This document shows positions 49,908 to 62,519 of a DNA stretch of 64,000 nucleotides, in pieces (position 1 is the first letter of the stretch; each line of letters starts with the position of its first letter). The notes beneath the pieces were generated by a model that searched no databases, had not been told where the DNA came from, and saw nothing but the letters and a program-made list of their open reading frames with translations. The position numbers and the translations under genes are program-made. The stretch comes from Phoronis australis (lineage: Eukaryota > Animalia > Phoronida), in the NCBI GenBank assembly GCA_002633005.1, contig NMRA01000081.1, positions 687,799-751,798 on the forward strand, read 5' to 3'.

Positions 49908-51380
49908 CCGTTTTCGCCGTAATAACTGCCTATGCCCCTATGCCCCCACGCATTTTCAGACTTTGCTAAAATAAGCGCCCAGTCCATGAACGTGTACATG
50001 AGAAAAATGCCTTACCTACAGTCCTAAAATTCTACAGTAACGTCTTCAATTTATCAATAATATCCGACAGTGTTGAAAAAACTCATTGTGCGCAGAATTT
50101 GTAGACCACGAGCCTCGCCGTTATGTCGGTATTTAGCCGTGTCACTATACACTTCAAACTTCCGCCATGCCTCAAAACGAACACAAAAGTTCTGCTGATA
50201 TTGCGAGGATCAATGGACTGACCTTTCAGAACAGAAGTAGTGTACTTGCCTACGATATTGCTTTGTAGATATTTCCCGCTTTCAACAGGAATCCAAATTT
50301 CTTTGTAGGCCTACACGTGAAAACCGCGAGTCGAAGACTAATAAACAGCTTAGCCAGTGTTAAAAACACGTGTCCAGGAAGCGCGCGCTACATACATGAA
50401 TCTGTCATCAAAGGCATTAGTCGGGAACTATCCATTCATGAAACCTGTAGCATAGCATCGGCAAGAAATGAATATTGGCACTAATTTCCGACAGTTTATC
50501 ATACTATAAAAATGTTTGCGTAATTTTTAAAATGAGCTGTTTGATGAAAGCCAAGTATCCGATAAAATAACCACTGCCAGTGAATGCTTACACACCCTTA
50601 CACCGAAAAATAACTGTCAGATAGTCACGTACGCATCCAGCCACACGGCGACTAATATGGCCTTACCGAGACAAATGTCGAACGTTTTTAGCACATGAGA
50701 CCGGCAAGTGCTGAATGAAACACGCCTACTGCTTTAGATACAATGTACATCTAGTTCGTTAGATTACGTGGCTCTGGCCAAAACTTATGGTCTCTGCTCT
50801 GGCAAATGAACTCTGGTGACACGCACGCGCTCGCTTACTCACAAACGCAGACAACTTCAAAACAAACGTCACGTGACACCAACATGTGTGTTCATCCAGA
50901 CATTTTTCTCATGTTGCCGATCATACATGTAGATGGCACGATATCAGCACACATTTGTACTTAAACCTGCCGTGATCCCGACTCCACGGGAACTTAAAAA
51001 TCTTAGGGACGCCAAACTTGGAAAACTTAAGGAGGATTTCAGGTAATTTGCTTCAGTCGAAACTGTATTTTTATTCAAGCATTCAAGTCGCCATATCGAC
51101 GATTGCGAGGCAGGCAGTCCGCGAGTTTTCGCCCTGGGATTTCAGCACAATTTTCTGTAAAATGATCGTAATTTAGCAGCGAAGTTTGATAGCAATGCAC
51201 CACGGTCTTATAGAAAGTGTTTCATAGATTACAGATACCTCTCAGAGTGTAAATATAATGAATCTTAGCTTCTGATTTCACCTGTTTCAGAGACAGGTCT
51301 CAACGGCCTTGGGTTATAATAAGTGCCCCCCTGAAACAAACTTTTCTAAGCACCCTGGGCAGTTATTATGGCGAATACAG
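49908..51380. mobile_element. TA-flanked TIR element (CCGTATTCGCC type, Tc1/mariner-pogo-like), copy A with about 0.56 kb extra internal sequence; in last EMG1 intron
   Basis: TA|ccgttttcgccgtaataactgcc versus gggcagttattatggcgaatacag|TA. Collinear with 53726-54615 except about 50250-50810. Confidence 0.85.
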
Positions 51381-51675
51381 TACCCCATTTGTGACAACTT
51401 ACTAAATCTTATCGAGGTAGGGTAACTTGCGTCGCAAATTTGGAGTACAGTGGAAGTAATTATCAGCTGCAGTATATACAGACGGGTTTTATCTTTCGCA
51501 GCGTACTCACATTAGGTATTCATTGTCACGCACAAAGCGACATTTTACACCTCACCCTAGTTATCGGATATTTTTTGTCTTGACGCTCCACTTAAAAGTG
51601 GGGTAAGTTGCACTAGTACAAGTTGTTCTAGGGTAGGCTGTGTGTGGAGGGGACTTTAGATTCGAATGTACTTAC

Positions 51676-51825
51676 ACTGCCATGAGCCATGGCTCCGATT
51701 ACAAAAACTATAGGCTTGTCATCTGGTACTAGTTCCCGTGGGTTCACACACTTGTCTGCACCATATGACATGGTGATTTTACAACATCCTGTAGGCAGGT
51801 GGTCTGTGATTGGGTTTTTGATTAC
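51676..51825 (-). CDS. EMG1: EMG1/NEP1 penultimate exon (VIKNPITDHLPTGCCKITMSYGADKCVNPRELVPDDKPIVFVIGAMAHGS)
   Basis: VIKNPITDHLP and VFVIGAMAHG are Nep1 SPOUT-fold motifs. Bounded by cccag| and |gtaagt. 150 nt, phase 0-0. Lies inside ORF 51628..51921. Confidence 0.96.
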
Positions 51826-52079
51826 CTGGGAATACAGACAAGACATCTCAAGGGAAAACATAAGTATCGAGAAAAGCTTACAGCTCTTATGAAACAAAAT
51901 ATCTAGAAATACATAAAGCATTTCTCAATTTTTAACAAGTACATACAAGAAAGCCCCCATTATTTTGAGACTGATACTTGTCAGAAAGGTGTGAAATTTC
52001 CAACTTATCTTAAAAATGGTTTACCACATTCAAACAAACACTGGTCATGTACATGAAATTTAGTTTGCAGAGTTCAGTT

Positions 52080-52227
52080 TGTAAAATAGTGATATTTTGC
52101 TGTATTGTGTGACATCTCAAAATAAACACACATCCATAATTTTTACCACACAATGTAAAATAGTGATATTTTGCTGTATTGTGTGACATCTCAAAATAAA
52201 CACAAATCCATAATTTTTACCATACAA
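52080..52227 (+). repeat. 74-bp tandem duplication
   Basis: tgtaaaatagtgatattttgctgtattgtgtgacatctcaaaataaacaca... occurs twice, nearly identical. Confidence 0.9.
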
Positions 52228-53725
52228 TATGGCAACTAAGTAAAAGTTGATTTTGACTAATTTTTCAAAAAATAAAGAAAAGAAACATATTTAAAACAGT
52301 GGTTTTACAGTGCAGAAGTCATAATGAACTGACATTTCAAAAAATTTCCATTATTTGCAAGAAGGTGACCAGCTTTTGAAAACTGGACAAATTACAATTA
52401 TTTTGTTAGTTATTTCTGTGAGTAAAACATGCCAGGAATTGTATGATGATACTTGGCTTACCTCAAAATCCAATTGCGCCAGGTGGTTTGGTAATTGTAA
52501 CAATAATGTTGCACCCCGCAGAATTAACGAGGAGCAAAATATTGCAATATTACACAAACGTTTTAGGTTGTATACGTCAAACCCCTTGTGCGATTTTCAC
52601 AATTAAGTTAAACTTATTAATCATGTGTACCTTTCAACTATTTAAAAACTTTCAAAACAATAATTTAAAAATGCTATTTTCTCCCCCCGTGTGTTTATGA
52701 TGGGTTTAATAACATCTGCAGCCTGAGGCGATAATTAAATATAGCAGCATGGTGTTTTTGATCATTGCCGGCAAATTCTGAGGTACGCAAACTGGTCGAG
52801 TTGTCCAATCTTGACCAGTGAGGGTGTCAACGTACAGGATTCTTTTCATGAACAACTCAAGAATTATAAGCAGAAAATTATGAATCGTAACTGAACTTAC
52901 TTCAGGTAAAAGTGCAACGTTTTGCCAGCTGAAGAGTTAGAGTTGCATGAACACTAAGTTGTAAAATGTGTTTGTATTCTGTGATACACAACTAAATCTT
53001 AATTGACGAACTGAAATACGAAGTCTTGTGAATTTCTGGAAGTGCTTGAACATATGATTTTCTCACAGTCAACAACTCCTCAATACAGAGTAATTGTGAT
53101 ATAGGTGGGAAGTACTATGACAATGTACACTTCTCAGTAAAAGGAGGACCACATACCCCAACACTACTCCGGTATCAATTCTCAGGCAAACAAAAACGTG
53201 TTCTGCAAACAGACAGTAACACTGTCACTCATTCGAGGGTGAATGGCAATTTTTGATATTTTATACTAGTCAATTACAATATCTCAACCAGCCAGTAGTT
53301 AGCTGTTGAAAAGGCAGAGATGATCTACTCCCCCCAGTTATCACAATATCCCCCTTGCTCCCCGCTAATTCCCTCCAATTTTAACAGCCAAGTCAACAGT
53401 CAGTCAGAAAACAACAACTGCGCAGATACAGGGGTAGAGGTTAGAATGTTAGCTCCGTTTACTGGACTTCATCACTACAACTCTATTGAACCGTGTCCCA
53501 ATTAAAATTGTTGACTCATGCATGATTTAGTGGTAAGAAATAGCAGTTTTAAAAATAAAACCAATTACGATTGGACAAGATGATGTACTACACCCAAACT
53601 TCATTGTATTTGTGCAAAGCGTTATTCAAATAACTTCAGAGGGTTACTTCCTTGACTTTCACAGCTTGGCAAAGACACATGTATTGCACAGTGGGCAGTT
53701 TAGAGTCATACACAAACTGGTAATA

Positions 53726-54615
53726 CCGTATTCGCCTTAATAAGCGCCCATGCCCCAATAAGCACCCCCCACGCATTCTCAGACTTCGCTAAAATAAGCG
53801 CCCAGCCCATGAACGTGAATACTTTTTGACAACACCTTACCTAGAGTTCTAAAATTCTACAGAAAAATCTTCAATTTATCAATAATATCCGACAGTCCTG
53901 AAAAAAATCATTGTGTGCCAAATTTCTAGATGAGCCTCGCCGCTATGTCGGTATTTAGCCGTAACTATACACTTCAAACTTCCGCAGTGCTTCAAAAAGA
54001 ACTCAAAAGTTTTGCAGATCTCGCGAGGCACGTGTCCCACTATGGTCTGGCCTTTCAGAACAGACACGGTGTACTTGTCAACGGGAGTGAATCTCGTTCG
54101 CTCGGCACATACATGCAGACAAACTTCAAAACAAACGTCATGTGACAACAAGATAATTTTGTGTTCGTCCAGATTTTTCTCATGTTGCAGGTGCGATGTA
54201 GCGTAGATTTGGACTTAATCTGCGGTTAATCCCGACTCCACAGCAACTTACAAATCTTAGGGACGTTATTTGGAAAAATTGGGGATTTCATGCAAAACTC
54301 TATTTTTATTTAAGAATTCAAGTTGCCCTATCGACGACCGCGAGGCGGCGACGCATCAGTCGGCAAGTTTTCGCCCTGGGATTTCCCCACAATTTTCTGA
54401 AAATGGATCGTAGAAGTTTGATAGCAATGCACCGCAATTTTGTGGAAAGTCTATCAAAGACTACGGATACGTCACAGAGCGTAAATTTGATGAATCATAG
54501 CTTCCGATTTCACCTGTTTTGGAGACTGGGTTTCAACCGCCTTAAGCTACAATAAGCCCGCTCTCTGGAAACGAATTTTTGTAAGCGCCCTGGGCACTTA
54601 TTAGGGCGAATACAG
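53726..54615. mobile_element. TA-flanked TIR element, copy B (890 bp), carrying a HIRAN-like ORF remnant on the - strand
   Basis: TA|ccgtattcgccttaataagcgccca versus tgggcacttattagggcgaatacag|TA. ORF 53879..54151 reads DKYTVSVLKGQTIVGHVPREICKTFEFFLKHCGSLKCIVT. Confidence 0.88.
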
Positions 54616-55459
54616 TACATATCAACTGTTTTTGTAAGCAAGCGCTTACTTGTAATGTACTTGTTTTGTATTCTGTAATTGTTTTCAATTGTCTGAAGGT
54701 CATGATAATACCCAGTGGAGATATAGCAAAATACTGCAAACTAATATTAATACTAAAACATCATGGATTTTGGACAAAAATTTCAGAAAATTGAGCTTTA
54801 ATCTCATTTCCAAAGGCTTGTTACACTGATGTGAATGTCAATTATTTCAAATATTGCTCAGCTATCCTTGTCAAGCCTGACAAGTTAGGAGCCAGTCTGA
54901 CAACACCCTAAGAACTGCTATTTGACATGTGTGACTGACCCTTGACCTGAATTAATGGATGGCTGTGGAAAAACAGGATCAACTACAAACCACTGGATCC
55001 ACTTTCATTCTCACATAGTGAAAAACTTTTTCGATGAAAAGTAGTGTTATACCTCCGGGGAGGTACAGTACTAATAGCAAATGAAAGAACCAGTGGTGGG
55101 TTAGATCACTAAAACATACATGCACCATTATGTGTGATAAAAAGTAACGAGAACTACATTCTGTCCTGAATTTTAATTAATCCAGATGAAAGCGAAGCTC
55201 TAGTGCATCACAAAAACCTAAGAAACAAGGGGCGATCATCACTTCAAACATTACCACTAGAGGGAGAAACAGTAAACTTAAAGATACCTCTAGGGGGCGC
55301 AACAGTACTGATCATCTGAAACAGGTGGGTGCCATCTTTTCATTGAAAAAATATAGCTGCTGACTGACCCCAAGTCATAAGTTCCAAGTGGATTTTTCAT
55401 ATGCAGCTAAAGAAACTCAAAGGAGTTGATAGTCAAGCAAGTGAAAATTTTCAACTCAC

Positions 55460-55518
55460 CTTCAATAATTTTTGAGGACCATCAGATGCATGGATGCTTA
55501 ATTTATGCAAAAGTTGAA
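55460..55518 (-). CDS. EMG1: EMG1/NEP1 internal exon ((V)QLLHKLSIHASDGPQKLLK); more 5' exons not found in the window
   Basis: QLLHKLS...DGPQKLLK is the Nep1 motif preceding VIKNP. Bounded by ttttttcag| and |gtgagt. 59 nt, phase 1-0. Confidence 0.93.
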
Positions 55519-57965
55519 CTGAAAAAACAAAGTAATCGCATACAATAAACAATGTAAGTACTTAATATTCAGCACAGAAAAATATTTTGCCCAATGATCT
55601 ATCTCTAAAGGCACTATGTCAATAGATTTGACACCTGTTTTAAAAGCCCTTACATATTTGTTATTACTGTGTCCTGATGTGGAACATTCATAAGTCAAAG
55701 CGAATGACCCACAAAGCATGCAAATTTTATGCTAATAGCAAGTCATTTGATTTCTTAATGATGGGCAATTACTATACATTTCCATATAATCAGCTTTAAA
55801 TTATTGAATCATGAAAAAATGGAGCTCGTCACGGACAACCACTACAGTATTTGCCCGGAACAATGCTCACTTTCTTCCGAACACCTTTCCAAATTTCACA
55901 TTCAGTTGACAACGCTCAGTTATTTGCCAAACCTCACTTTATAGACAGTATTTTCAGCTCTCATCTTTGTGACAACACATCTGAGTGAATCTCAGCTCCC
56001 ACCACCCATGTAACGTGCTTGAGCTGATTTAAGAAGCAGATTTCGAATTGAGCACTCTGATGTCTGGTGTAATTTGACCATACAGATTCCACATCCCGGA
56101 GTCATCAATCTTCATTTGCGGAGGTAGAAAAATGCATTGTATGGTCAACATAGTTTTTGAGTAGGACAGATTCTGAGCTGAGTCAGACAGAGACAATCAA
56201 ACTGTTCTCATCTGTTCAAATTGTTTATGTCTCCATTGCAATTCACTATGTTACAATAAAACTTTTTCATTTCAGAATGACAAATGGCAAATTGATTTTA
56301 ACTTAAAATTAGTTATCATTATGGCATTAGTTATCATTATGGTAGAAGTGAACAACTGTATGGCGAAACGAGTACCCCATAGATGCACAGCACTGTGGGT
56401 AAATACTGCAGAATCATAGAGGGCGCTGGAGTATTCCAAAATTCCTATTATCAAATGTTTTAAGACTAGCTTATGTTTAACACTGAAGCTCAGGGGAAAA
56501 TTGTTGTCAACATGACATCTTCTAATTTGTAAGCTGTTATTTGTTATTGAATTATAACAACAAATAACATCTCATATTTGAACTAGTCTTTGTCACCAAT
56601 TTAACGCACCATGCAGGTTCAAAGCTCACGGTTCACACACAACATTATCTGTGGATGCTCCCTCTAGTGAATTCCAGGAAAACAAGTGTTTATCCAAGAT
56701 TACTGTGATTAGATAGAGGCAACGGCCTACAACAAACATTCTGGAAATTTGGACAAAAGTAATACATAAAACTGCCAGTCATTTCTAATTCCCCAAGGTT
56801 TGCTTCATTGTTGAAAAAGATAAAAAAATTACCAAATATTGTTTGGTGACAGCTGCTCAGTATTAGTGACCATGACTATGAGGTAAAAAACTATTTTTGT
56901 TGAGATATTTTGCAGAGTGAAATTCTACTTTCTACCACGTTACGTCCAAAACCGAGGACTTTTAATGTAACTGTTATACTAAACAATCGTTGCCCCATTT
57001 ATACCAGATGCCCCTCGATCACTCATTATTCAGTCCTGACAGTGACTTGGTCACATAATTTTCTCAACTAGCATAGACCTTTCCCATAGGAAACCTCTCA
57101 AAACCAGTTTGAAGTTTTACAATACCCTTGTTTGAATAAACACGTTAGTCATGGGAATGATTTTCAAAAACTGACACACATCACTAAGTAAGGTCACCAT
57201 AAATGTAACATGTCATCAACAAGCCACTACACTTTAATCAACCAGGCATGGACAACTGCAATAAAAAATGTATTCATACCACATTCCTCATCAAGGGGGA
57301 CTAGACAAACATTGTCCCTCATTCTGTCATCTGGCATGGGATCAACAATTTCTATCAAAAACCAGACTGCGTAATAAGATTTACAGCTCAAAAGGAGACA
57401 AACATATCAAGCAAATAATTGGTGCGGTACCTCAAAGAAAAATTTTTTTCGTGTCACCTACATAACAATGCTAAAAATAGGCCTTGCGAACGTTTAAAAA
57501 AAAAGATTCAAGAAAGTCACTAATAAAAAGGTGATTAGACTTTCACCCGACATAAAAAATATTCAGACCAGTGACTCCAACTGGACACATGAGGTTTTAG
57601 ACCTATAGATATGTTAAATTTCTTCAACACTCACTGAAAATACAAATTTAATTGTCTGGGAAATTCACATTAGGGTCTTCACACACACATCTGCAAGCTA
57701 TACCTACCGTATTTACATTGAAGCTTCTAATAGATTTACTTTACATCAATAGTTAATTCATCTCCCCATTTACCATACATAGTCCAAATTGGTTTCGACA
57801 CTGCCTTATCTCCACATGTCTCACCTTCGCTCAAGATCTTTCTTTTATAAATGGCGGATAACTGGACTATTTTTTCGCATTGCTTACATAAATTTTTTCC
57901 AAGTTTTTCTTCCTCAGGGAATCCCATGATGGTCATAATAAGGGATGAGGTTTTGCAGCAATCTT

Positions 57966-58000
57966 GGACATAGGTGGACATAGGTGGACATAGGTGGACA
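57966..58000 (+). repeat. 10-bp tandem repeat (TGGACATAGG), about 3.5 units
   Basis: Directly visible. Confidence 0.85.
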
Positions 58001-58273
58001 CAGAAACCTCAAGAGCAAGTCCACGTCACTTCCCAATCCCAGTCAAACCGATTCGATTGTTCGTGCAAGCGACACAAGCTAGAAATCGATTTAGGTCAAA
58101 TAGATTTAAAACCATCCCCATGAACCGGATCAGCTTGAACACATTTACCGTAAGTTAAATCACTTGCATTTAAACACACTTACTAAACCAATTTGCATGT
58201 GCCAAAGCGATTTAAAAATTTATTTTAAGTTTTAAGAGTAAACGGGCAAACTAAGCCGCAAAATACACCAGCA

Positions 58274-58362
58274 AATGTCAGCGGCACCAGTAGCGCACAA
58301 CAGAATGCAATAAGATGTATGTCAGCGGCACCAGTAGCGCACAACAGAATACAGTAAGATGT
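58274..58362 (+). repeat. Tandem duplication of about 45 bp
   Basis: atgtcagcggcaccagtagcgcacaacagaat twice. Confidence 0.85.
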
Positions 58363-60034
58363 AATCATGAGGATGAACACAATAAGATATAATCTTAGGA
58401 TGAACTGCATATACTGGAACAGTGCACAGTATGATAATAGCTATGAGGGTGCCCATGTATAAATTATATTAAACCCTGAGTACAAGAGTGCACGAGTAAA
58501 TGAGCAGATCATTCACAAATGGGTACAGACGATGGTTGGATGATATATTATCTATAACTTATCACACAAAAGGGTACCCCCATAAACAGATTGAATCACA
58601 AGCTCAGTACGTGTCCACTAAAAAATTCATCATTTATCAAAAACTAAACAAATGAAAGTGAAAGTCTGCCGCCATTTGTACACCTGATGTAGTATAATTG
58701 AACAATATTTAGAGAATAGTAACATCACAGAGGACCATCATAACTGGAACCTATATCAATGGCAGTAGCTGAAACGAAATTCAACTAAAAATAAGGAAAA
58801 CTTTTTTTTAAACATTAACATTCACAAAACATATATATGTATTCTTTATTGCTACTTTTAAATGCACCAAATATGCAAGATGTTAGGAATAACCTCAATA
58901 ATATGGCAAAGCCTTATCGGCTATTTCATACTTTTAGCAATATCCAACATCAATTTCAATTTAGTGTGATCGTTGATTCGCATGAAATCCTACGCAGTTA
59001 TTATATGGCCTATGGCGAAAGGAACAGTGCCTCACATTTTTGATTATCTTTCAAACAATGAAAAAATAAACCAACAAAAAGTAACAATTTTGATGTTTTT
59101 TAAAGATGGCCTTTGATGTCCAATTGCTCAGTTATTTGTGGGTAAATCAAAAATGTGTGCCACGATTTCCTGTGCATTGTTTAAAAATGAAATTGTTTAA
59201 ATATGAAGTCACCTGCAGTTTGTACAAATTCAAGTTCAAGCAAAGGCTATTTACACAAAACATGACAGTCATGTAATTAATGACAAATGACCATGCTACG
59301 TTTTAGGGCATGGATTAAGATTTTTCAATCATCAAGGATTCAGAAAATTTATACTTCCATGGGTTAAAAATGGTCAGTTAAGAAGTGTGCAAGACTTCAT
59401 GAAGATTGACAATTTATGGTAAACATTCTTTACTTTGGGACAAAAATAATAGCAGAAATTGTGCCATATTTCTTTTTTTGCTCAAATGCTCCAAATTTTA
59501 CAAAATGTTGTTTGGTGATAGCTATGCCATACAAAACATGCTACAGGCAAAGTAAATTTATCTGAAAAGTAATTTTCGTTATTGAAATTTGACAAAACGA
59601 AATTTCAACTATCTGCCACATTGTGTTCCAAACTGAAGAATTTTTACCATACCCTTTAATAAAAAGCCACAAAAGAAACCGCAAAGTACATTGAGGTTCA
59701 TGTGTCGGACCATGCTGCCATCTGGTGAGAAGATGGCAGACTACAAAGGAATCATTGTCTGGCAAGACAGGATTAAAATAAGTGAAGACAACAAGACAAA
59801 TCACAAATTTTGACCCAGAACTTGTATCTGTGATGAACAATGTCTATTGAAGTTACACAGAGCATTGTTGACAAGCCCATGCTCTTTTTGTTAACAATTA
59901 ATTAAGATATACACAAAAATATAATACAATAAAATTCAGCCTGGAAACTGTAGTGAGTATTATATCCAGGCTTTAGACAATAATGGGAGCATTAAACAAA
60001 GGAAAGAGAAAAGTCATTTAGTAACCAGTAACTT

Positions 60035-61855
60035 TTATTTGAATCACATGGAATTGTTTATTGTGGATTCCTCAACTACATGAGATAGCTCTTTTTTGGA
60101 CGTTGTTTCTTACAGACCCTTTCCAGAGAACAGTTTGTCTGTCATGAGTCATCCGGTGTTCATGGCGACACAATTGTTGATTTTAAGCCAGTTTTAGTCG
60201 GTACCTCGAATATCTAATATGAGCTTAATGTTTCAATGGCATACAGTGGTTGAGACTTTTGAGGATTTCTGGTGGGCACAACCCAAAGTGTATTTTGTTT
60301 GCCACAGGACATTTAGTGACCACACTGACCAGTGACATGTATTCAATAACATGGAATTGGTTTTGAGCTACCTCAAATGTATGAGCTAACTCATTTTGAG
60401 AGGGCTGTATGGGTTTCTGGCGGACCCTTTCCAGAGTGCAATTTGTCATGGGTCATTCAGTGGTCAGTGCGGTATTATTGTTCGTGTTAAACCAGTTTTA
60501 GCTGGTACCTCGAATATCTAATCTAGGTCAAATTTCAATGGCATACCGGGGTTGACATTTTGGGGGTTTCTGGTGGGCACAACCCAAAGTGTATTTTGCA
60601 CCATAGGGCATTTAGTGATTAGTGACATGTATTGAATCATACGAAATTGGTTATTTGTAGTACCTCTAATGTATAAGCTAACTCATTTTTGTGGGTCCTT
60701 TTTTCGTTTCTGCCGGACCCATTCCACAGTACAATGTGTCTTTCATGGGTCATTCGGTGTTCAGTGTGAGTAGTATAGTAAGAGGTTTAGGAGTCTTATT
60801 TTGAGGGTCTCGGTCAAAGGTCACGTGGGATAACTGCAATCGGAAGAGACTCCATAAGCCTACCGGAGGGATGTGTCAATGACGTCACACCTCATGACAT
60901 AATGAGTGTAATGAGTCTCATTAGAGAGGCAACTCGATGCTCGTTTTTGCGACTCCTAGCAACTGATCGAGAATCGAAACAAAAGAGGGATGCTGAATAA
61001 GAGCAAAACTTATTTCGTGTGCGCCAAGTGTCGTCATTGTATATTGTTTGTTCTGTCTCATGTGTCAAAAACTAAGGCATATACAAAAGGGGATAACCAC
61101 CCAACTCAACAACAGATGTCGCGTGAAGTCTAACCCAGGACCCGATGGTACTAAGCGAATCCTACTAATAATACTAATAATAAGAGCCGACCAGCTAACA
61201 CAGAACATAAAACCGATAGCGTTTAATCGTGTATTAATGACAAACCAACACTACAAAAATCATCATTCGAATATAAAATCATCAAGACGTTCAGAAAAGT
61301 AGTCTATAGCAAATTTATCAAATGTCCAAATTATAGGTTCAGAGGTCCAATGGTGACGCCGTCGTCGAACACTCGTCGTTTGGGATAAAAGTAGGTGAAC
61401 GCGCACCTCTCATGCAGGTAGGTATACATAGTGTTATCACCGCCTAACCGGAATCCTTTGTTTTTGATATATGAGACAGAACAAACAATATACAACGACG
61501 ACACTTGGCGCACATGAAATAAGTTTTGTTTTTATTCAGCATCCCTCTTTTGTTTTGATTCTCGATCAGTTGCTAAGAGCCGCAAAACGGGCATTGAGGT
61601 GCCTCTCTAACGGGTCCAATTAAACCTATTACGTCATGAGGTGTAACGCCATTGACACATCCGTCCGGTAGGCGGATGGTGTCCCTTCCGATTGCAGTTA
61701 TCAAACATGACCTTTGACCTTTTCCTTTCACATGGATGACCTTTGACCAAAACCCGCTGAAACGGGCATCCAAAACCTCTTACTATACTACTAGTGCGGT
61801 ACAATTGTCTGTTTTAAATCAGTTTTGACCGTAACTTTGAATATCTAATATAGCT
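60035..61855 (+). repeat. Tandem repeat of about 300 bp (about 2.7 units), interrupted by the 60769-61792 element
   Basis: gtacctcgaatatctaat at about 60200 and 60505, and a variant at about 61831. tctggtgggcacaacccaaagtgtattttg occurs twice. Confidence 0.8.
60769..61792. mobile_element. 1.0-kb non-autonomous TIR element with arms of about 270 bp and apparent 6-bp TSD
   Basis: agtagtatagtaagaggttt versus aaacctcttactatactact. Arms continue to tgtgcgccaagtgtcgtc / gacgacacttggcgcaca. Flanks AGTGTG / AGTGCG. Confidence 0.85.
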
Positions 61856-62014
61856 TGTTTTTGTCCCCCTTGTAAGATCCCCAGGGGTCACACCCAGAGT
61901 GCAGACAACAGCAGACATCCATTTCCGTTTAGACTCAGAGGTAGACTCTTAAGTGTTCCTAAGGCCAGATGTTGGTACCTCATTCATCTATGCTAAGTGC
62001 TCTGGGCTGCCGGT

Positions 62015-62437
62015 CTAAATTTCAAAGAGTTGGGAAATTGTACTCTCTCCTAATAGAAAGCCAAACTGTATTGGGTATATGAGATTGTGTGAGATGAAAT
62101 GTCCAAGGAGAGTGATAGGGCAAAAATTTGACACTTCTGATTGGCAGTCCTTCTTGTGAAGTGGTGCCATTATTCCCAACTTCCAATAAGAAGGATAATG
62201 ACCTGAAAAGATAATTTTATTGAATAGTTTTGTGAGAGGTACAGACAATTCTTCAGCTATCAATTTTATCATTTCATTTCTTATGAGTTCTGAACCAATA
62301 TTTTCAAGAAGTTTTCTAACTTCTGCAGTAGTAGTTTGTAGATCCATGATTTGTTCATTGCACTTGAGTTGAGGGACAGCGTCTTGAGTAGTCAGATACA
62401 TGTTGTATTCATAAAATATTCTAGAAATAATGTGCAT
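62015..62437 (-). mobile_element. LINE (CR1/L2-like) reverse transcriptase N-terminal fragment
   Basis: PLTKLFN...GHYPSYWKLGIMAPLHKK...SNFCPITLL...QFGF...STISQL matches RT domains 0-2, with internal deletions. Confidence 0.85.
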
Positions 62438-62519
62438 TTTTCTGATGTTTTATCAGCATGTTTATTAAGGTCTTTAGAAGAGATATGAGGAAACACATTA
62501 TTTATTTTTTTAATTTTTT

